Assembly (NCBI GenBank): GCA_012295275.1
Contig: CM022672.1
Span: 12,462,001 to 12,526,000, forward strand
Direction: 5' to 3'
DNA length: 64,000 nucleotides
From: Chrysomallon squamiferum
Lineage: Eukaryota; Animalia; Mollusca
Shown: positions 40,398-55,260 of the stretch, piece after piece
How positions within the stretch are numbered: position 1 is the stretch's first letter
Layout of the letters: each line of letters starts with the position of its first letter
Notes under the pieces: generated by a model
What the model saw: only the letters and a program-made list of their open reading frames with translations
The model's database searches: none
Told to the model about the DNA's origin: nothing
Made by a program: the position numbers and the translations under genes

Positions 40398-41462
40398 GAA
40401 TGTATGATTCGTGATTTCTTTTTTCAAATATGGTCTCTTGTTTGGTATTCTCTTTGGTGATATAAAAGAACAGTCTGAAAACATTTTCTTAAAACATTAT
40501 CATGTATTTGATTTTTGCCTTTCAGTATTAATTAACACTGAAGTGTAACAACAAAAGAGTACAGTTTAGAAATGTCAAGATGCTGCTGTTTCATCTGTAG
40601 TACTGACATCATGTATGCAGCTGATGGACCTGCTCTGATTTCTTCTAGTATAAATAAAATATAACTTTCACTCTGCTGTATGATTGTGAAAAGGTAAAAT
40701 GGTTGCATTCAAATGTTTTATTATTGTTTATTTTACTGAAGAAAATAATAATTTTTGGATCATTCAGTTGTTCCACTTTAAGTAATACCTTTGACTGTGT
40801 GAACAAATAGCCTAAATACTTTCTGTATTTTTTAATTTTGTTATTTGCCAATTTTAAAATACTGGGTTATGACAAATAAGAAATCAAGCTCTTGAGAATG
40901 AAGAGATACCATTTTCTTTTGTTTTTTCTTTTTGTTTTTTAAGCATGACATTAACTCGTCTTTAAAAATTGAAGAACAGTTATAAACTGAATGTACATCA
41001 AATTTGCAGTGAGTACATTGGCAGATGTGAACTGTTATAAAGACAGTGATTATATAATTGATGCTACTTTAGAACCTTGTATGTGTGTTTATTTATTAAT
41101 GCAGTCCAATTGAAATGCAAGAGAAAAAAACCTTAAAAGTATATGTTACAAGGCTTTTTGTTTCTGTCACCAAATATATGTTTTCATGGCAGAAGTTTAA
41201 AAGAAATTTAGACGTGAATACTGTAATTCTGTACTGACTGAAATTCATATATCTATCTAGTCTCTTTTGGATATAGTTAATACATTTTTATGTTTGTACT
41301 TGATGTAGGCAGTCGTGTGACCCTTTATTAACAAAATTTGAATTTTACTTTATTTTTATCACAGTATATTATAACAAAAACACATTTAAATTCTAGAAGA
41401 GAAGTCTGGTCTCTTCCAGACATAACTATGCACTGTTCTATTCCAAGGCCAGATGTGGCCTG

Positions 41463-42502
41463 ATGAAAGTAATCACTTAATCTTCTATATTATTTATAAA
41501 TATCAATTTCTTATATAAATGAAATTTAAAAACCTGTAATATAAAATGTGTAAAATGCCTGTAATATAAAATATGTAAATTTCATTTATGAAATTGATAT
41601 TTACCGTATATACTTGTGTATAAGTCGAATTTTTGGGAGACTATATTAAGGTAATATTTTGGGGTCGACTTATACATAGGTAATGCTTTTGTAGCTGTTG
41701 CTGAAGAGTCGCCATTTTGACTATTTTTTGCTACGGGATGCATCTAAAATAATCGCGGTCTTTCAGCTTTTCAAAAATATAATTTTATCGTTTAAAATTT
41801 TTTGAAAAATTAAATAACAAAACCAAATATGAATGTAAAACATGATATTCTTCCGTTTAATGACAAAAATACATTTTAAAGCGAGAAAACCGTCAGTACG
41901 GCGTTTTGCAATGATCTACTCTAGGAATGCAGACTTCTCTGCCAAATTGCACTAAATATCGGTCCTAATTTTATAAACAAAACTCACTTGTGTAATTGTA
42001 AAGAATTTGGTGAAATAATATTGCAATCGTCATTAATATCCACTACCGACAAATCGAAAACAAACTAAATTTCTATAAACGTTCTGCAACAAAAATCAGT
42101 TCAACTTCTCGCCATATTTGTTATTCTAGTCGGTTGCCAAGTGCGCGAAGCCTCGGCCAATTAGCGCGCTAGGAATAGGATCGGGGGCGTGTCTTGTAGC
42201 AGAGTTTCGATAGAAAAAAATATTGCTGAGGTTCCGAAATTATCTTACTTTGAATTGCACGTGCAAGTTACAGCTCGTGCAAGTTATGTTACAGTAGGCG
42301 TACAATGTAGGCCTTCATGGCACTGTCACACTGGTCTAAAAATAGTGATGGTGCCTGGAATCTACAGTCGACTTATACACAAGTAATACCTAAAATGACG
42401 CAATTTTTGGTCTTAAAATACACATCGACTTATACATAAGGTCGCCTTGTACACAAGTATATACGGTATAAAAAATATAGACGATTAAGAGATTACTTTC
42501 AT
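41463..42502. mobile_element. Older short foldback/inverted-repeat element interrupted by the Tc2-like MITE
   Basis: Left arm ATGAAAGTAATCACTTAATCTTCTATATTATTTATAAATATCAATTTC..TAAATGAAATTTA is the near reverse complement of 41576-41603 joined to 42469-42502. Confidence 0.7.
41604..42466. mobile_element. Tc1/mariner-superfamily (Tc2/pogo-like) MITE, 863 bp
   Basis: TIRs CCGTATATACTTGTGTATAAGTCGA ... TCGCCTTGTACACAAGTATATACGG, TA target duplication on both sides, repeated subterminal TCGACTTATAC motifs, no transposase ORF. Confidence 0.92.
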
Positions 42503-45500
42503 ACCATGGCTATTTTTATGGAGGTATATTTTTTTTAAATTTTTTTAAAACCTGTTTTTGTTTTCAGAGTAAAATATTTTAATTATAATCACAGCTTGGA
42601 AACTGAATCTTTTCTAAATATTTATTTAAGTACATATATTATTAGATAATATGTTTTGGCTTATTGTGGTGTTAGTGATATTTTTACTTGTACATTTTTT
42701 CAGATTATTTCAACCATCATTTATCAAAATTTCTCTTAAAAGTTGAACTGGTGTTATGTGACCATGTTTAGAATTAATTAAAATAGTTTAATGGAAATGT
42801 GCAATACTATTTATTTAAAATTTTAAAATATCACTGATATTGTTTATTGTTAAGAAAAGATTGTTTTGTTGATATTCATTGTTTATTAATGTGAAGCTAG
42901 AAGTGATGAATATATTTTATTTAAGCTTTATTTTTTAAACAGTTAATATTCAGGATGTGATAATGTGAATTACTATATTTGTTTCAAATCCAGTCGTTAC
43001 AATGATAGTATTTTCTTTGCTATAAGGTGTATTTGTCTCATTTTCTTCTTAATATTAACATTTAATATTCACTTTTGTAAAATCTTTATTAGTGTTTTAA
43101 ATTGTAAAAATGGTTTTTTTTGTTGTTTTTTTTAATGTATTTTTTAATCATAGATTTAAAATTTTATTTGCTATTCTTAATTTGTTTAAAAGTGAAAATT
43201 CAGTTGTTCTATTTATCTGCATTAATGTGTTTCAGTTATCAATTATATATATTTTTTATTTTTGAGCATTAAGGTAAAGAAAAACCACAACAAATGTTTG
43301 TTTTTTAATTATCTTATTGTTAGAGTAACGAACTATGACTATACTTTTATTACTTCAAGTTATTGTTCCACTGCAATTTTCATACTAGTGTTTAGTTTGT
43401 ATATAACAAAACACATAACCAGTCTTTATATAATTTTAATGAGATTTTTATTATCTTCGTTGCTTGTTTGTTTGTTTTTTGTTTTTTTTGCTTTTATTTT
43501 CTTGCAATAAATATAATAAAACATTTTGGGGAAAAAATCCCTTTCTTACACATTTGTTCTTGTTCCACAAGAATAATGCTTTATATGTTTACTATTTTTG
43601 TAGAATTCTTGCTTGTGAAAGCACTGGACATACACATGTCCATGCAGTCAACACATTTTACTGTAAGTCTGTATCTGGGTTATGCAACAATCATCTACAG
43701 ACCTATATTAATAACAATAAACTTTAAATAATGTTTATTTATGTAACATTTATGTGAGATTACTAGCTAAAGAACTTTTTTAATATATATTTTCTTGCAG
43801 CTCCAAGATATAAAGTATATTTCTCTACAGACCAAGGACAAATCAAAACTGATTTTAATTTTTATGTATCTTTTTACACACATACATAAACACATTCGTA
43901 GACACAACAGATCCACATAGTCTATTTATCTCATGTTCAAATTTTCTTCAATAACAGAAGACAGTTTAAAAAAAAACAGATTTCATTACCTTTGAAGTTT
44001 CTGTAATGGAAATAAAAATACACAATTTAAGTATTAATGACTTTGTAAGAAACAAAAGTTAAAAAAAAAAAAAAAAAACCCCCTCCCCTCCAAACAACCC
44101 TAAACCCTTGGCATTCTCCACATACAACAGTGAGTCTTTTTAAAAACATTATAAAATCAAAGCTCTGTTTTGCATTAAAGTGCTTCAAATAGTTTACAAT
44201 TATTATCTGAAGCAAGAAATTTCTGGGTAACATGGAATAAAATTATTAGTGAGAAAGAAAACAGATATTCATGTCATAATCAGATAATGACACACTGAAC
44301 ATGGAGGAAACTGAACAAAATTTCAGGGAAATCCATTTTTTATCAGGATTATCTGTCAGAAACATATCCATATTATAAAATTAATGAGACTTGTTAAAAA
44401 GGAATGTACTTGTATAATAATATATTGTTAGCAATTACCTGTCGTCAGTAGATAAACTATTCATGTTATTTTAACATCTATTTATCTACTTTCAGTAGGA
44501 AATTAATAACAATGCTCTACATTTATAAATATTAAAAAATATCAGTAATGATGATAATTCTATACACAATATCAATCAGAATAATTCCTATTAACCAAAT
44601 ACATTATTAATTTTATTTTTCCCTTAACATTTTTTATGTTACACCAACACAAATCTCTTTTATGAATAAATACTAAGAACCATATATGAATAGCTTTATT
44701 TATTTAACATGACCCATCACTTCATGTTATATTTACATTTATTTAACATTTAGCTGTGTACAAACTTAAATGTGCACCAAAAAATCATTTTAGTAATAAA
44801 ATGTAGTTATTATTATCACAAATAGAAAAAGAACCCAGATTTTTTTATGGACATATAACATAAAATTACCTTTTAACTTGGATTTCTTGAAGACATTTAG
44901 TTTTTAACAAAGTGAAAAAAATTATCTACAGAGAAGCGGATACTAATATATAAATAAATAAGAAGCTTGGCACTGTGGGAAAAGTTTAAGATAATAAATT
45001 AACTGTTTCTACTTGCAGTTTTGACTGTGTGAATCAAACTATTATCTGGATATAAACATGTTTTATTCTTAAAAACATTTTTTAGAACTTAACTGGATTT
45101 TATGGATTTTAAAATAATTCTATAATACATAGCATCTGACATCATCAAATTATCAAATGTACAAAATAATATTCACTAGTGCTTTTTACAGCAGCTCTTG
45201 ACAAAAATAAAATTCAGATAACTGAAATATAAATATTTTTATAGTTGCCAATGAAATATCTTAATAATTCTGAAATAATACATCACTGGATTTCATTTCC
45301 CTGTAACAATAATTATATCATAGTATTTTCCTGTAGCAATATGACACTTGATTTCATAGTAACATTGAAATATCACTGGAGTTCACCTTAACAACATATC
45401 ATATTTCACAATAACAATACATGTACATGTATATCAGTGCATTTCATTTTAACAATATAATATAATGCATATTCACTGAAATGAATTTGGGCAGAAACAA

Positions 45501-46628
45501 TATCGTATTTCCCTGAAAAAAACATATCATTGTTCTTCAGATCATTGTTAACAGAAAAAAATAAAAAATATGATTTAACATTTGGAAACGAAAAGGTAGA
45601 TCTACATCATTAATAAGATATGTAGTTTCAACAGAGAAAACCATCAGTCTAATCCTTGTATTAGTTTTAATAAACTGCAGTCAGATGTTACAGAGATAAT
45701 CACAGTGTAATAAAATATTAACATCCTTTAACATCCTCTTAAATTTTAATCTTACATTTCAGTTCTTTTATATTCATTGCAACTATACATTTTATATATT
45801 TAAAAGACATCTTTATACTAAAGCGACTAAAACAACACACTCCTGTTTTTTTAAATATTTAAAACTAAAATTTTGAAAGACCATGATTTCGATATTTGAA
45901 ATATCTAAACAAAATATATAAATAAATTTTACTATTCTAACTTGTATCAATTCTGCTGGTTAATGTGAGATGATGAGTGAAGTGTAAAAATGTCTTATAT
46001 GATAGAAAATGATTCCTAAAGCAATTTAGAAAAAAAAAAAACAGGCATATTATTGAGAACAGATTTTCCACATCTCTATTCTCTTATTATTACATCTCCT
46101 AATATATATAAATTGTTTTCAGAAAACCAGAATTTCTGTTTATCATGATAATTTTATTTTGTTTTGATTCATTTCAGTTTTACAACTTGATGATCAGTGA
46201 GAATACAATATTCTGTATAATGAAGTTAACAATAAAAAAGCAGTACAAACTAATATTTCAAAGCAACGCCAATTTCTCAGAACTGGAAATTTCTTCAAAA
46301 TTCCAGTGCATACATGACATATATATATATATTGCTTGGGTCCAAAATATCTTTATTACAATTAAATAGTTCATTTTTTGATGATACACATGATAATTTT
46401 GGTTCAATGTTCTGTATTATTCTAACTAACAGTCAGGATATCAATGTACAGTTTTTATTCATTGTTTTATTGTAAGTATCTTATAATTAAAACTACTCTC
46501 AGATTTAGAGAACTCTGTATAATTAATGATATAAAAAAAGTACTTCAAAGTGAGAACCACACTGGTAATTATAAAAGGATAATGGTTTGGTTATCAAAAG
46601 CTGTCTCTTGTATATTAATCACAGCATG

Positions 46629-49600
46629 TCATAAATCTGGCGAAAGTCTTTCAGTTGCAATTTTACTTTTAACTTTGGCATTTTTCAAAATGTCCTCAGC
46701 AAGATCTTCAACTGTTGTATATCTTGAACACTCAAAACTAAATATATCACTGATGAACCCCACAACCAAACCCTGAAAACCAAACAATGAATATTAAAGC
46801 TAAATAAATTCAGATTCTGAGACATTGTTAAAAAACCTGAAAATAATGTACCTCTGTTTGGTAAATTAAATCCAAAATTCAACTTTTTATAGTTTATAAT
46901 TTTGATTTACTATTAGGAATAGAACAATGCTAAATGCCAATTTGTTCAAAACTAAAAAGAATGCATCAACTGTTTGGTAAATTAAACCTAGACATTTAAA
47001 CTTAAAATTTTATAGAAAAAATAGAAGAATTAAAAACTTCATTAAATTACTCTTCCATCAAAGGTGTAATAAGAAAAAAGAAAAAAAAAAGTTTCTTAAC
47101 AAAGCATTTTAATCAGAGTTACACTGTTAACATTGATATTTATAAAAATGAAAAATGTTGGATATTTACCCTGAAAAAGTGACAGAGATCTTTGACATCT
47201 GAATCTGGTCCCAAGAACCCCCAAGCTAACACTGGAGTAATGTGTTCTGTTATACCATAGAAGTGAGCAATAAAGCCATCAGAGTACTAAAAACAGAATA
47301 ATGAAAGAAATAATGTAACGTAGTCTAATGTATTGCATTTAAACTATACATCTCATTTGTTGTGCTACAAAATGAATGTATGATAAATTGTAATATAAAA
47401 TAACCATATATTAATAACTCATAATACAAATATTTACAAGCCACTTGATAAATAATATAATTTTTTTTTCTTTTTTATTATGAATGCATAATAAAATAAT
47501 GATAATTCTATTGCTAATATCTATTATCAATGAAAGGAAAATAAAATTACTAATATATTTTTTACAGAACTTTTATTTACCTTCAGCATTCTTCTTTTTG
47601 CTTTAATTACAGACCATACAGCTGTTGCCAATGCCTGAAAAAAATAAATAAAAAAATAAAAATTAGATTATATATCTTTAATAATAACAATTAACAACAC
47701 AGACAAAAGAAAAGAAAAAGATACACAACTACACACACATATGTCACCATCCTGCATCTCGCTCATTTATGTCACGTGGTTACTCACCCGCTTTAAGCAT
47801 CTCTGTTTTTGTGCTCACATTTTGTGCAGTATTTTGACAATTTTTTGTTTTTTCTGACTTTGGACTTTAAGAAAGTGAGTGCAAAGGACAGTGCTGAGAA
47901 AAAGACGCGGATGATGTTCACTTTAATTAAAGCATAAAATCATAGAAAAACATGAGTGAGGTGTGCATATTGTCAACATGGCTAGGCAGTAAGAGCATAG
48001 TACTTTTACGATATGTACCATACTGAAGCAGGAGTAGTCGATAAAAGCTGTAACTCAGCCAAAGGCGTTAAAATAAGTTGTCTGATCTCCAAGACAAATA
48101 TACTTGACAAAACCAATTTATTTCTTTACATTCTCTATTATGTTGTTTTTATACAATATTTGTTATTTATAAATACAATTTTCTTATTTAAAAACATGTT
48201 ACAAAACATTGGGGCAGATTTTGGGGGCTGGAATGGATTAATGGTATTTCAGTTAATTTCAGTTGGGAAAATTGATTTGATATACGAGCAAACTGAGTTA
48301 TGAGCTCAGCCATGGAACGAATTCAACTTGTAAGTCAACGTACCACTGTATATAAAATTGAACGGCTGTCCTAAATAGTAAATAATTTTCTATCACAATG
48401 TTATGGAAAAAACCCACATTAGAAACAACAAACAATATCAAGTTTATTTTAGAGTATGAAATATGAAGATTTAATTTAAATGACGTACTGTCTCTTTGAA
48501 TCCATTGGACAACCATCTGTTCTGAACAACAGCTGTGACTGATCGGGGAGGTGACTCTAAATCATCAAAGGCATCCATCATAATGAAATCCAACACAATG
48601 TCATAAAATGACATCACTTTAACCTGTTATAAAAGATCATAATTAACGAATGAATAAAATCCAAATTATCAGTGAATAACATTTCTTTTTTTTTTTGGAT
48701 GTTAATCAATTGTAAATTCATACCAAAACATTTCATTTTTAAATTCGAATTTCCCAATTACAAATGTTCTGTCCATGCAAATTCACCAAATATACAAGCT
48801 TAATACAAGAATGAAAAAAAAAAGAAGAAAAAATGTATATATTAAATTGACCCTTTTCTGAAAGTATCTCTCTACAAATTTAGATACAGGATTTTCTTAA
48901 TATGCTACCGTAGTTATAAAAACAGAGATAACATACTCCTCTGCCTTTCAATTCCTCTTCTATTTTTAGCCAGTTGTCTTCATTCTTCACAAATTCAATA
49001 CATTTGTCATATGCTACACAGAACTCTTCAGGATCCTTTAAAGAAAAAAAGTAATAATACAAAAAAATTATAATAATAATGAAATAATAACTAAAAAAAA
49101 TTAAAATACAAGAAGAAAAAGTTAAAAGGAAAATAAATAAAAACTGAACTGTATTTTTATTGTTATTATTATTGTTTATTATTAAAAACCAGACTGAATG
49201 TTAATAATTTCTTAATTTTTTTTTTTTCCTGCACAGCTTTTATTTTCAATTTTTACATATAGTTTGGAGAAGGTTGTAGCTCAGGAAAACAGTACATAAT
49301 AATTTTTTTATTTTTTTAACATTAATAACAAATTAATGTAGCTGATCAGAAAATCTAATCAGTGTCTATGGTAAAAAGTTAATTTCAAACCTTGTCAGCC
49401 TGGACTAGCAGATCTGAGAGCAGTTTTTTACCCATGGAACAAAACCAATTACGCTTTTCTTCATTCTTAAGTAAACACTGGAAAAATAACAATATCAAAA
49501 AATTTGTTTAAAAAAAAGGAGATAGTCAACCATAAATATTATTTTAAATTAACAGGAAAACAAATGTGCAAGTAATATAATTATCTGCAAATATTATAAT

Positions 49601-52557
49601 ATTAGATGCTGATTTAATAAATAAAAAAAATAAAAAAAATAAATTTGTAATGTTTTTTTTACCCTGACAAATACTGGTAACTATTCATATGGGCACTTAT
49701 ACTTAAACAGATGTTTCCTAACTATTAATTTCAGAACAAAAACCAAAATAAGTGTACTTTGCTCTGAAGTTTTGTTCCAATTTGTCAAATATCTTAAAGT
49801 ATACATATAGTGGTACAAAAAAATATTCTAAATACAATTCTTTATACTGTGAAATTATAATTTTTTGGTTTTGGGCAACCTGTCATTGTTAATATCTATA
49901 ACAATAAAATAATACTGTTAGAAAACATCTGAACATTTTATAACTTCACAACTTGAATTATGTCATCACTGCACACATGATGGAGTATTAGCAGTATTTT
50001 TTCTGACATGAAGAATCTTTGAAGAAAATCAACTTGTACTGAATGTGATAAAGTCATGATTACAGAAAAATGGTATTTTTAATAGTGCTCTTTTGTTGTT
50101 AGACGTTATTGTAATATTTTAACTATACCTTTGTATCATGAAAGAAAAATTTTAAGACATAATTAAATTTGTCATTGTTCAGTATAAATATGTAAGCACA
50201 CAGCTAGGTGTGTAGATATCTCTTCATTATGTACTTACATCAAATGCTAACCTTATTCCAAATAACTTAGCCAGGAACTCTGTATCAGAAAGACATTCAG
50301 CCATCTCGGTCCTAAGAAACAAAAATAATTAGGATAAACCCCAAAAGGTATTTACACCACTTTGAAACTGCATTTCAATTTAATTAGGATCAACATTTTT
50401 GTTCACTAATCATAACTGAATTTAAAGATGTATCAGTTTCTCAAATAGAATGATCAAAGACTAGCAGCTATTAAAAAACATTAGCTAATGACTTGAAAGC
50501 ATATAAATCTAATATCATATAATGCATAATGGTTCTTAACAGCCAGATGTTTTATACTGTATTTTAATGATTTTTCTTCAAGTCTAATGCATAGCAGTAA
50601 TTAATTAACAACCAGATTTTCATGCATCTTTTTAATTGTTTTTCTCCATCTACAATACATACCTGAGTGACCTGAAAGGCACATTACTGTGTTTGAGTTC
50701 CATCAAACCAGCCTCATAGAGAGGAAAGTATTTCAGCATTTCTTTCTGACTCTCTAAATCAGCTAGATGAGCTAACTAAAAAATAAAATACAAGATAAAA
50801 GAAACTTTAACAATCTGTCATTTCAGTCTTAGTCAAACATTGTATGATTTCTTCAAGAAATCAGATGTTAAAAAACTGTAAATAAATTGCCTTCCTTTTC
50901 ATTACTATCTAATGTAACTATGCACTTTTTCAAAGTACAAAACATCATTATAATTGTACTTTTTATTCTCTCATTCTTCTCCACAAAGTGTTATCATACT
51001 GGTAAACCATGAGTAACTGAATGCACTTACTGAGGAATAAATAAATAAAAATGGCTAGCTTAGAAGTTTGAATATCACTTAAAACTATTTAATCCTCATA
51101 AAAAAAAAAAAAAAAAGATGTGAAACTTTGAGTCCAATCCTCAACAGGCTGCTGTTTGGTCTATTTCCAATCCTAACTAGTTTCATATGACTGCAATATC
51201 AATGTGCTGTACTATGAACGGGAAGGTGAATAGATTAAATATTTCAACATCTCTGTTTTTAACAATCCATGTGCCATAAATTAAAAGACTGTTTTGCAAC
51301 CCTTCAGTCAAAACACTTACGTCAGCAGCAGAAACATACGACTCTTGGTCACTAGAAGAATCATCAAGACTACGTCTTTCCAGCATCCGATCCATCTCAG
51401 CAAATGCGGAAAGAGCCGACTCGAGAGCCACCTGGTCCCCATATTTCTCATACTCTCTCTCGTAGTTGTCTTGCATCCGATAGGCAAGATCAAGCAAATG
51501 TTCAAGGCGATGCTGAAGGGCAGCTGTGTCAGTATCCTAATAATACAAGTACGTATTACTTATTACATTCTTTAAACACCAGCATTTAGCATTCAATAAT
51601 GTAAAAATTAAATGTATTCAGAAATTACTTCAACTATGCCTTTTTAAAAACATTCTCTAAGACTAATTTATATTTGGTGCATGTTTTAAGAATATTCAAA
51701 TTTGTGGTCAAACATTAATATTATTAGCAGCCAAAAGGCTTGCGTCTTGTTAAGAATTTGGCAGTATAATATACTCTGATAACAAAACATGCTGAAATCA
51801 TTTAATTAACATTACACAAACACATGTACAAATGTATGTATGTATAAATAGTTAATGTGGTATATTGCAAAGGACTGATTTACTGGTATTGCTAAATATG
51901 GTTGATCATTTTCATCACTGAGGTAGCTGAGTTTCATAATGCCTTCTTCCCAATAAGACACAGCATGGGCCAGACTTTCCATACCTTAAAATATAAATTA
52001 TTAATATTAAAAAAGAATATTTATCTTTTAATCATTTATTTAATAACAAAATATAGTAACTAGATAAATTTCTGTATTTTAAGGCATTGACCAAAAAATA
52101 TAGCTTTTTGGAATGGAACCACAATTATTTAGATACATTTTTTGTTATTTACATACATATATCTATGTACAAGTTATTTCTTTAGTGTTTAATTGCTGAT
52201 TCAGATCTTAAAATACTATTTTGAAAAAAAAATGTATTTAACAAATAAATAAATTGCTCTTATTTAAGAACTATTTTGAAAAAAAAATGTATTTAACAAA
52301 TAAATAAATTGCTCTTATTTAAGAACTATTTTGTTTTGATATGTAGGCAACAATAAAATCAATAAGCACAAATCTACTACTCTCAAAAGCCAAGAGTTGA
52401 GAAATAAAACATTTAACTTTTGTATTATTTAGTATTGCAGGTTAAAAGAAATGGCTGCTTACTGTCTTAAGATATCAGGTTTATGCTGCTCAGCACAGCC
52501 TTGACATCAGCAGGATAAAGATGGTATCTTAAAACGACAGTAACCAGTTATTCCACA

Positions 52558-52632
<75 letters not shown>

Positions 52633-54422
52633 ACACACACCCACACATAATTTTTTGACTGAAAAACATGTTCAGATCTATTAAATTTTTGTTAACTATT
52701 TGTTTTTAATTATTATTATTAACCTGTACTACTGTTTGAATTATTCCCAGGTCTCCTGCTAAAGAATATATTATTTTCAGCAAATGATTGTCTAGAGTAC
52801 CATTGAAACTGTCATTGTTGATGTTATAATTCATTATCACACAAAATATTCAGAATGTGATACCATCCTGTTTGATAAATCCAGCCACAATCCACAAAAC
52901 ATTTCCAAACAATGACTTTGACAATTAAAAATGTATATTCTGATGGAAGCAAATGATGATATAAGGCTAACCCTGCTGACATAGCTGCAATGGTGACATA
53001 TTTGTGGTGTCAAGAAGAGGATGGGTAACCGTAGATGACGATGCTGCACCCAAGCTAGAAAGGGAAGAAGACATTGACCTCTGTTGTATAAGATTTTTGA
53101 TATCGTTGATGTCACTGCAGCGGCTCCTTGATCTAAGGTCTGAAAAAATAAAAAATTTCCCTTTAATTAAATGTTATTATTTATTTCTGAAGATAAATTA
53201 TTTGGATCTGACATTTCTAGTTTGATAGAGATATTTAATTTTAATATGTACAAAAGATACTATGAAAACACAATCGATAAAAATATATATACAGTGGTAC
53301 CTTGACTTACTAGTTTAATTTGTTCCATGACTAAACTTGTATCTCAATTTGCTCATATATCAAATCAATTTTCCCAAACGAAATTAATTGAAATACCATT
53401 AATCCGTTCCAGCCAACCAAAAACCATCCCAAAATTATTTTTTTCTCTTTTTTTTGTAACTTGTTTTTAAATAAGAAAAATGTATTTATAAATGACAAAT
53501 ACTGTAAAAAAAACAAAATAAAAGAGAAAGTAAATAAATAAATTTGTTTTGTAAAGTGTATTTCTCTTGGAGATCAGACAAATTATTTTAACACCTTTGA
53601 CTAGAGTTACAGCCTTTAATGACTCCTTCAGCTTCAGTATGGTACATATTGTAGAAGTACTACGCTCTTACTGCCTAGCCAACTACATACACACCTCATT
53701 CGTGTTTTTCTATGAATTCAAGCTTTACTTCAATGAATATCATCTGCTTCTTCTTTTCAGTACTATCCTTTGCACTCACTTTCTTAGGATCTATGGCCCA
53801 AAAAAGAAATTTGGCAAAATACTGCACAAAACCTGAGCAAAACACAACAGAGATGCTTCCGTGGTTAAGTAACCATGCAAAATAAACGAGTGAGTCGCGG
53901 GGTGCTGTTATAGTGGTGGCATATCTGAAACATGCATATAACTCGGATTTTGGCTCACAACTCAAAGCAAAAAATCGATTGGGCGACTGCTCGTAACTTG
54001 AAAAACTCTTAAGTTGGGGCACTCATAAGTCGAGGTACCACTGTATGTATATTTACATACATATAAATTATATATATAAAAATAGTATTACTATTAATAA
54101 ATAATTTCTGTTATAAATACATACATGCATTCACACACAATTATTGATGACAAACACTTTTAAGGAAAATCAAACCTCCATTAGGACTGGTCACTTTGGA
54201 GAATTTTTGATTTTGTTGAGCTGCCCCAGTCTTTTGTTTACTGTCTTGTTTTGGTAATCGTTTAACAGGTCGTCTTCTCCTCCTGCGAAACAACACAGCA
54301 AGAATTCCAATCAGTGCAAAGCCCAGTGACACTGTGAAGGCTGTTAGTTTGACAGGCTGTGACAAATGTACATGGGGTACTGATGGTAACTTGCTCTGAA
54401 GCTGCAGCAAGCTTTTAAACAT
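46629..54422 (-). CDS. MIGA: Mitoguardin (FAM73/MIGA), mitochondrial outer-membrane lipid-transfer protein, ~517 aa, 12 coding exons
   Basis: Exons 54422-54176, 53139-52972, 51984-51884, 51536-51321, 50775-50663, 50311-50239, 49477-49391, 49035-48937, 48623-48489, 47634-47581, 47286-47170, 46772-46629 total 1554 nt in frame. N-terminal TM plus RRRRRR, FFAT-like DDSSSDQESYVSAAD, RGVKVMSFYDIVLDFIMMDAFDDLESPP, NRWLSNGFKETALATAVWSVIKAK, PVLAWGFLGP. Confidence 0.94.
47745..48348 (+). mobile_element. Non-autonomous pogo/Tigger-type element (copy 2, one end eroded), in a MIGA intron
   Basis: Reverse-oriented homolog of copies 1 and 3. Ends CTTGTAAGTCAACGTACCACTG followed by TA. Start coordinate is approximate. 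Confidence 0.85.
52215..52332. repeat. Perfect 55-bp tandem duplication in a MIGA intron
   Basis: ACTATTTTGAAAAAAAAATGTATTTAACAAATAAATAAATTGCTCTTATTTAAGA at 52215 and 52270, with a partial third copy at 52325. Confidence 0.9.
53292..54043 (-). mobile_element. Non-autonomous pogo/Tigger-type element (copy 3, complete, 752 bp), in a MIGA intron
   Basis: TA|CAGTGGTACCTTGACTTAC ... ATAAGTCGAGGTACCACTG|TA, with the same broken transposase N-terminus (IDPKKVSAKDSTEKKKQMIFIEVKLEFIEKHE*). Confidence 0.93.
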
Positions 54423-55242
54423 GTTGGATTATTTAACTTTCCTACAGTCTTCATATATGAAAACTGAAACACAAATTTAATAAATAATGTTATATATTTA
54501 ATAGAGATACAAATATTAGTCTTGAACTAGAATAAGTAAAATGTAAGAACTAAGATCACACACACACACACATTTGTAAACATTTCTCTTTTATTTAAAA
54601 AAATGTTTTATAATTAGTCAGTTATTTAAAATAATGAATTACTATGATGACATTAATAGTAAGATATTTGATTAAGATTATGCTACTAAACACAAAATCG
54701 TGCAATTAACCATTTCACTGGCACGCCGCAATTCGCCAATTACTGAATTAGTATTACTAAGAGTAAGGCTAAGCCGCTAAGGATTCCAATCACTTTTTCA
54801 CTTTAATTGGTTTTTAGAACAAACAAATCGAATAAATTTACAGCATTTAAGAAAATACAAATAAAAAGCAAAATGACTGACACATTTACTAAGTGTAAAA
54901 TACTTCTAAGAAAACTTTTTAAGTATCACTGACTAGAGACTAAAATCCGTAATTCCTAAAAGTAACCAATTTTAGAATTCGATGTGCCCTTGGACCGATG
55001 CACTGGTATACAACAACAAACAAAAACGTATTCAATTCAAGAACATCAGTTGTATTATTACATACAAAGCAAACATATTTTATATTAAAAAAAAAAAAAA
55101 AAAATCATTATTAATTCAAAGGAAAATTTACTGTTCCGAATTATTAGATTGTTATGTATAAACAGTATTTTATATCTTCATTTTTACAGTAAAATAATTA
55201 TATAAAATATTTAAAATATCGAAACTGACTTTACTTAGCAAT

Positions 55243-55260
55243 AAAAATGGCGGCCGCCAT
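55243..55260. promoter_or_regulatory. YY1-type motif / palindrome at the INTS5 start codon in the MIGA-INTS5 head-to-head region
   Basis: AAAATGGCGGC is the YY1 consensus, and ATGGCGGCCGCCAT (55247-55260) is a perfect 14-bp palindrome. Confidence 0.5.

Noticed and set aside
45270-45530. Degenerate ~25-nt repeats (ATATCA..ATTTC..TAACAA) downstream of the MIGA stop; also a short duplication at 6038-6092
   Set aside because: Ordinary decayed minisatellite or slippage with no coding or structural signal.
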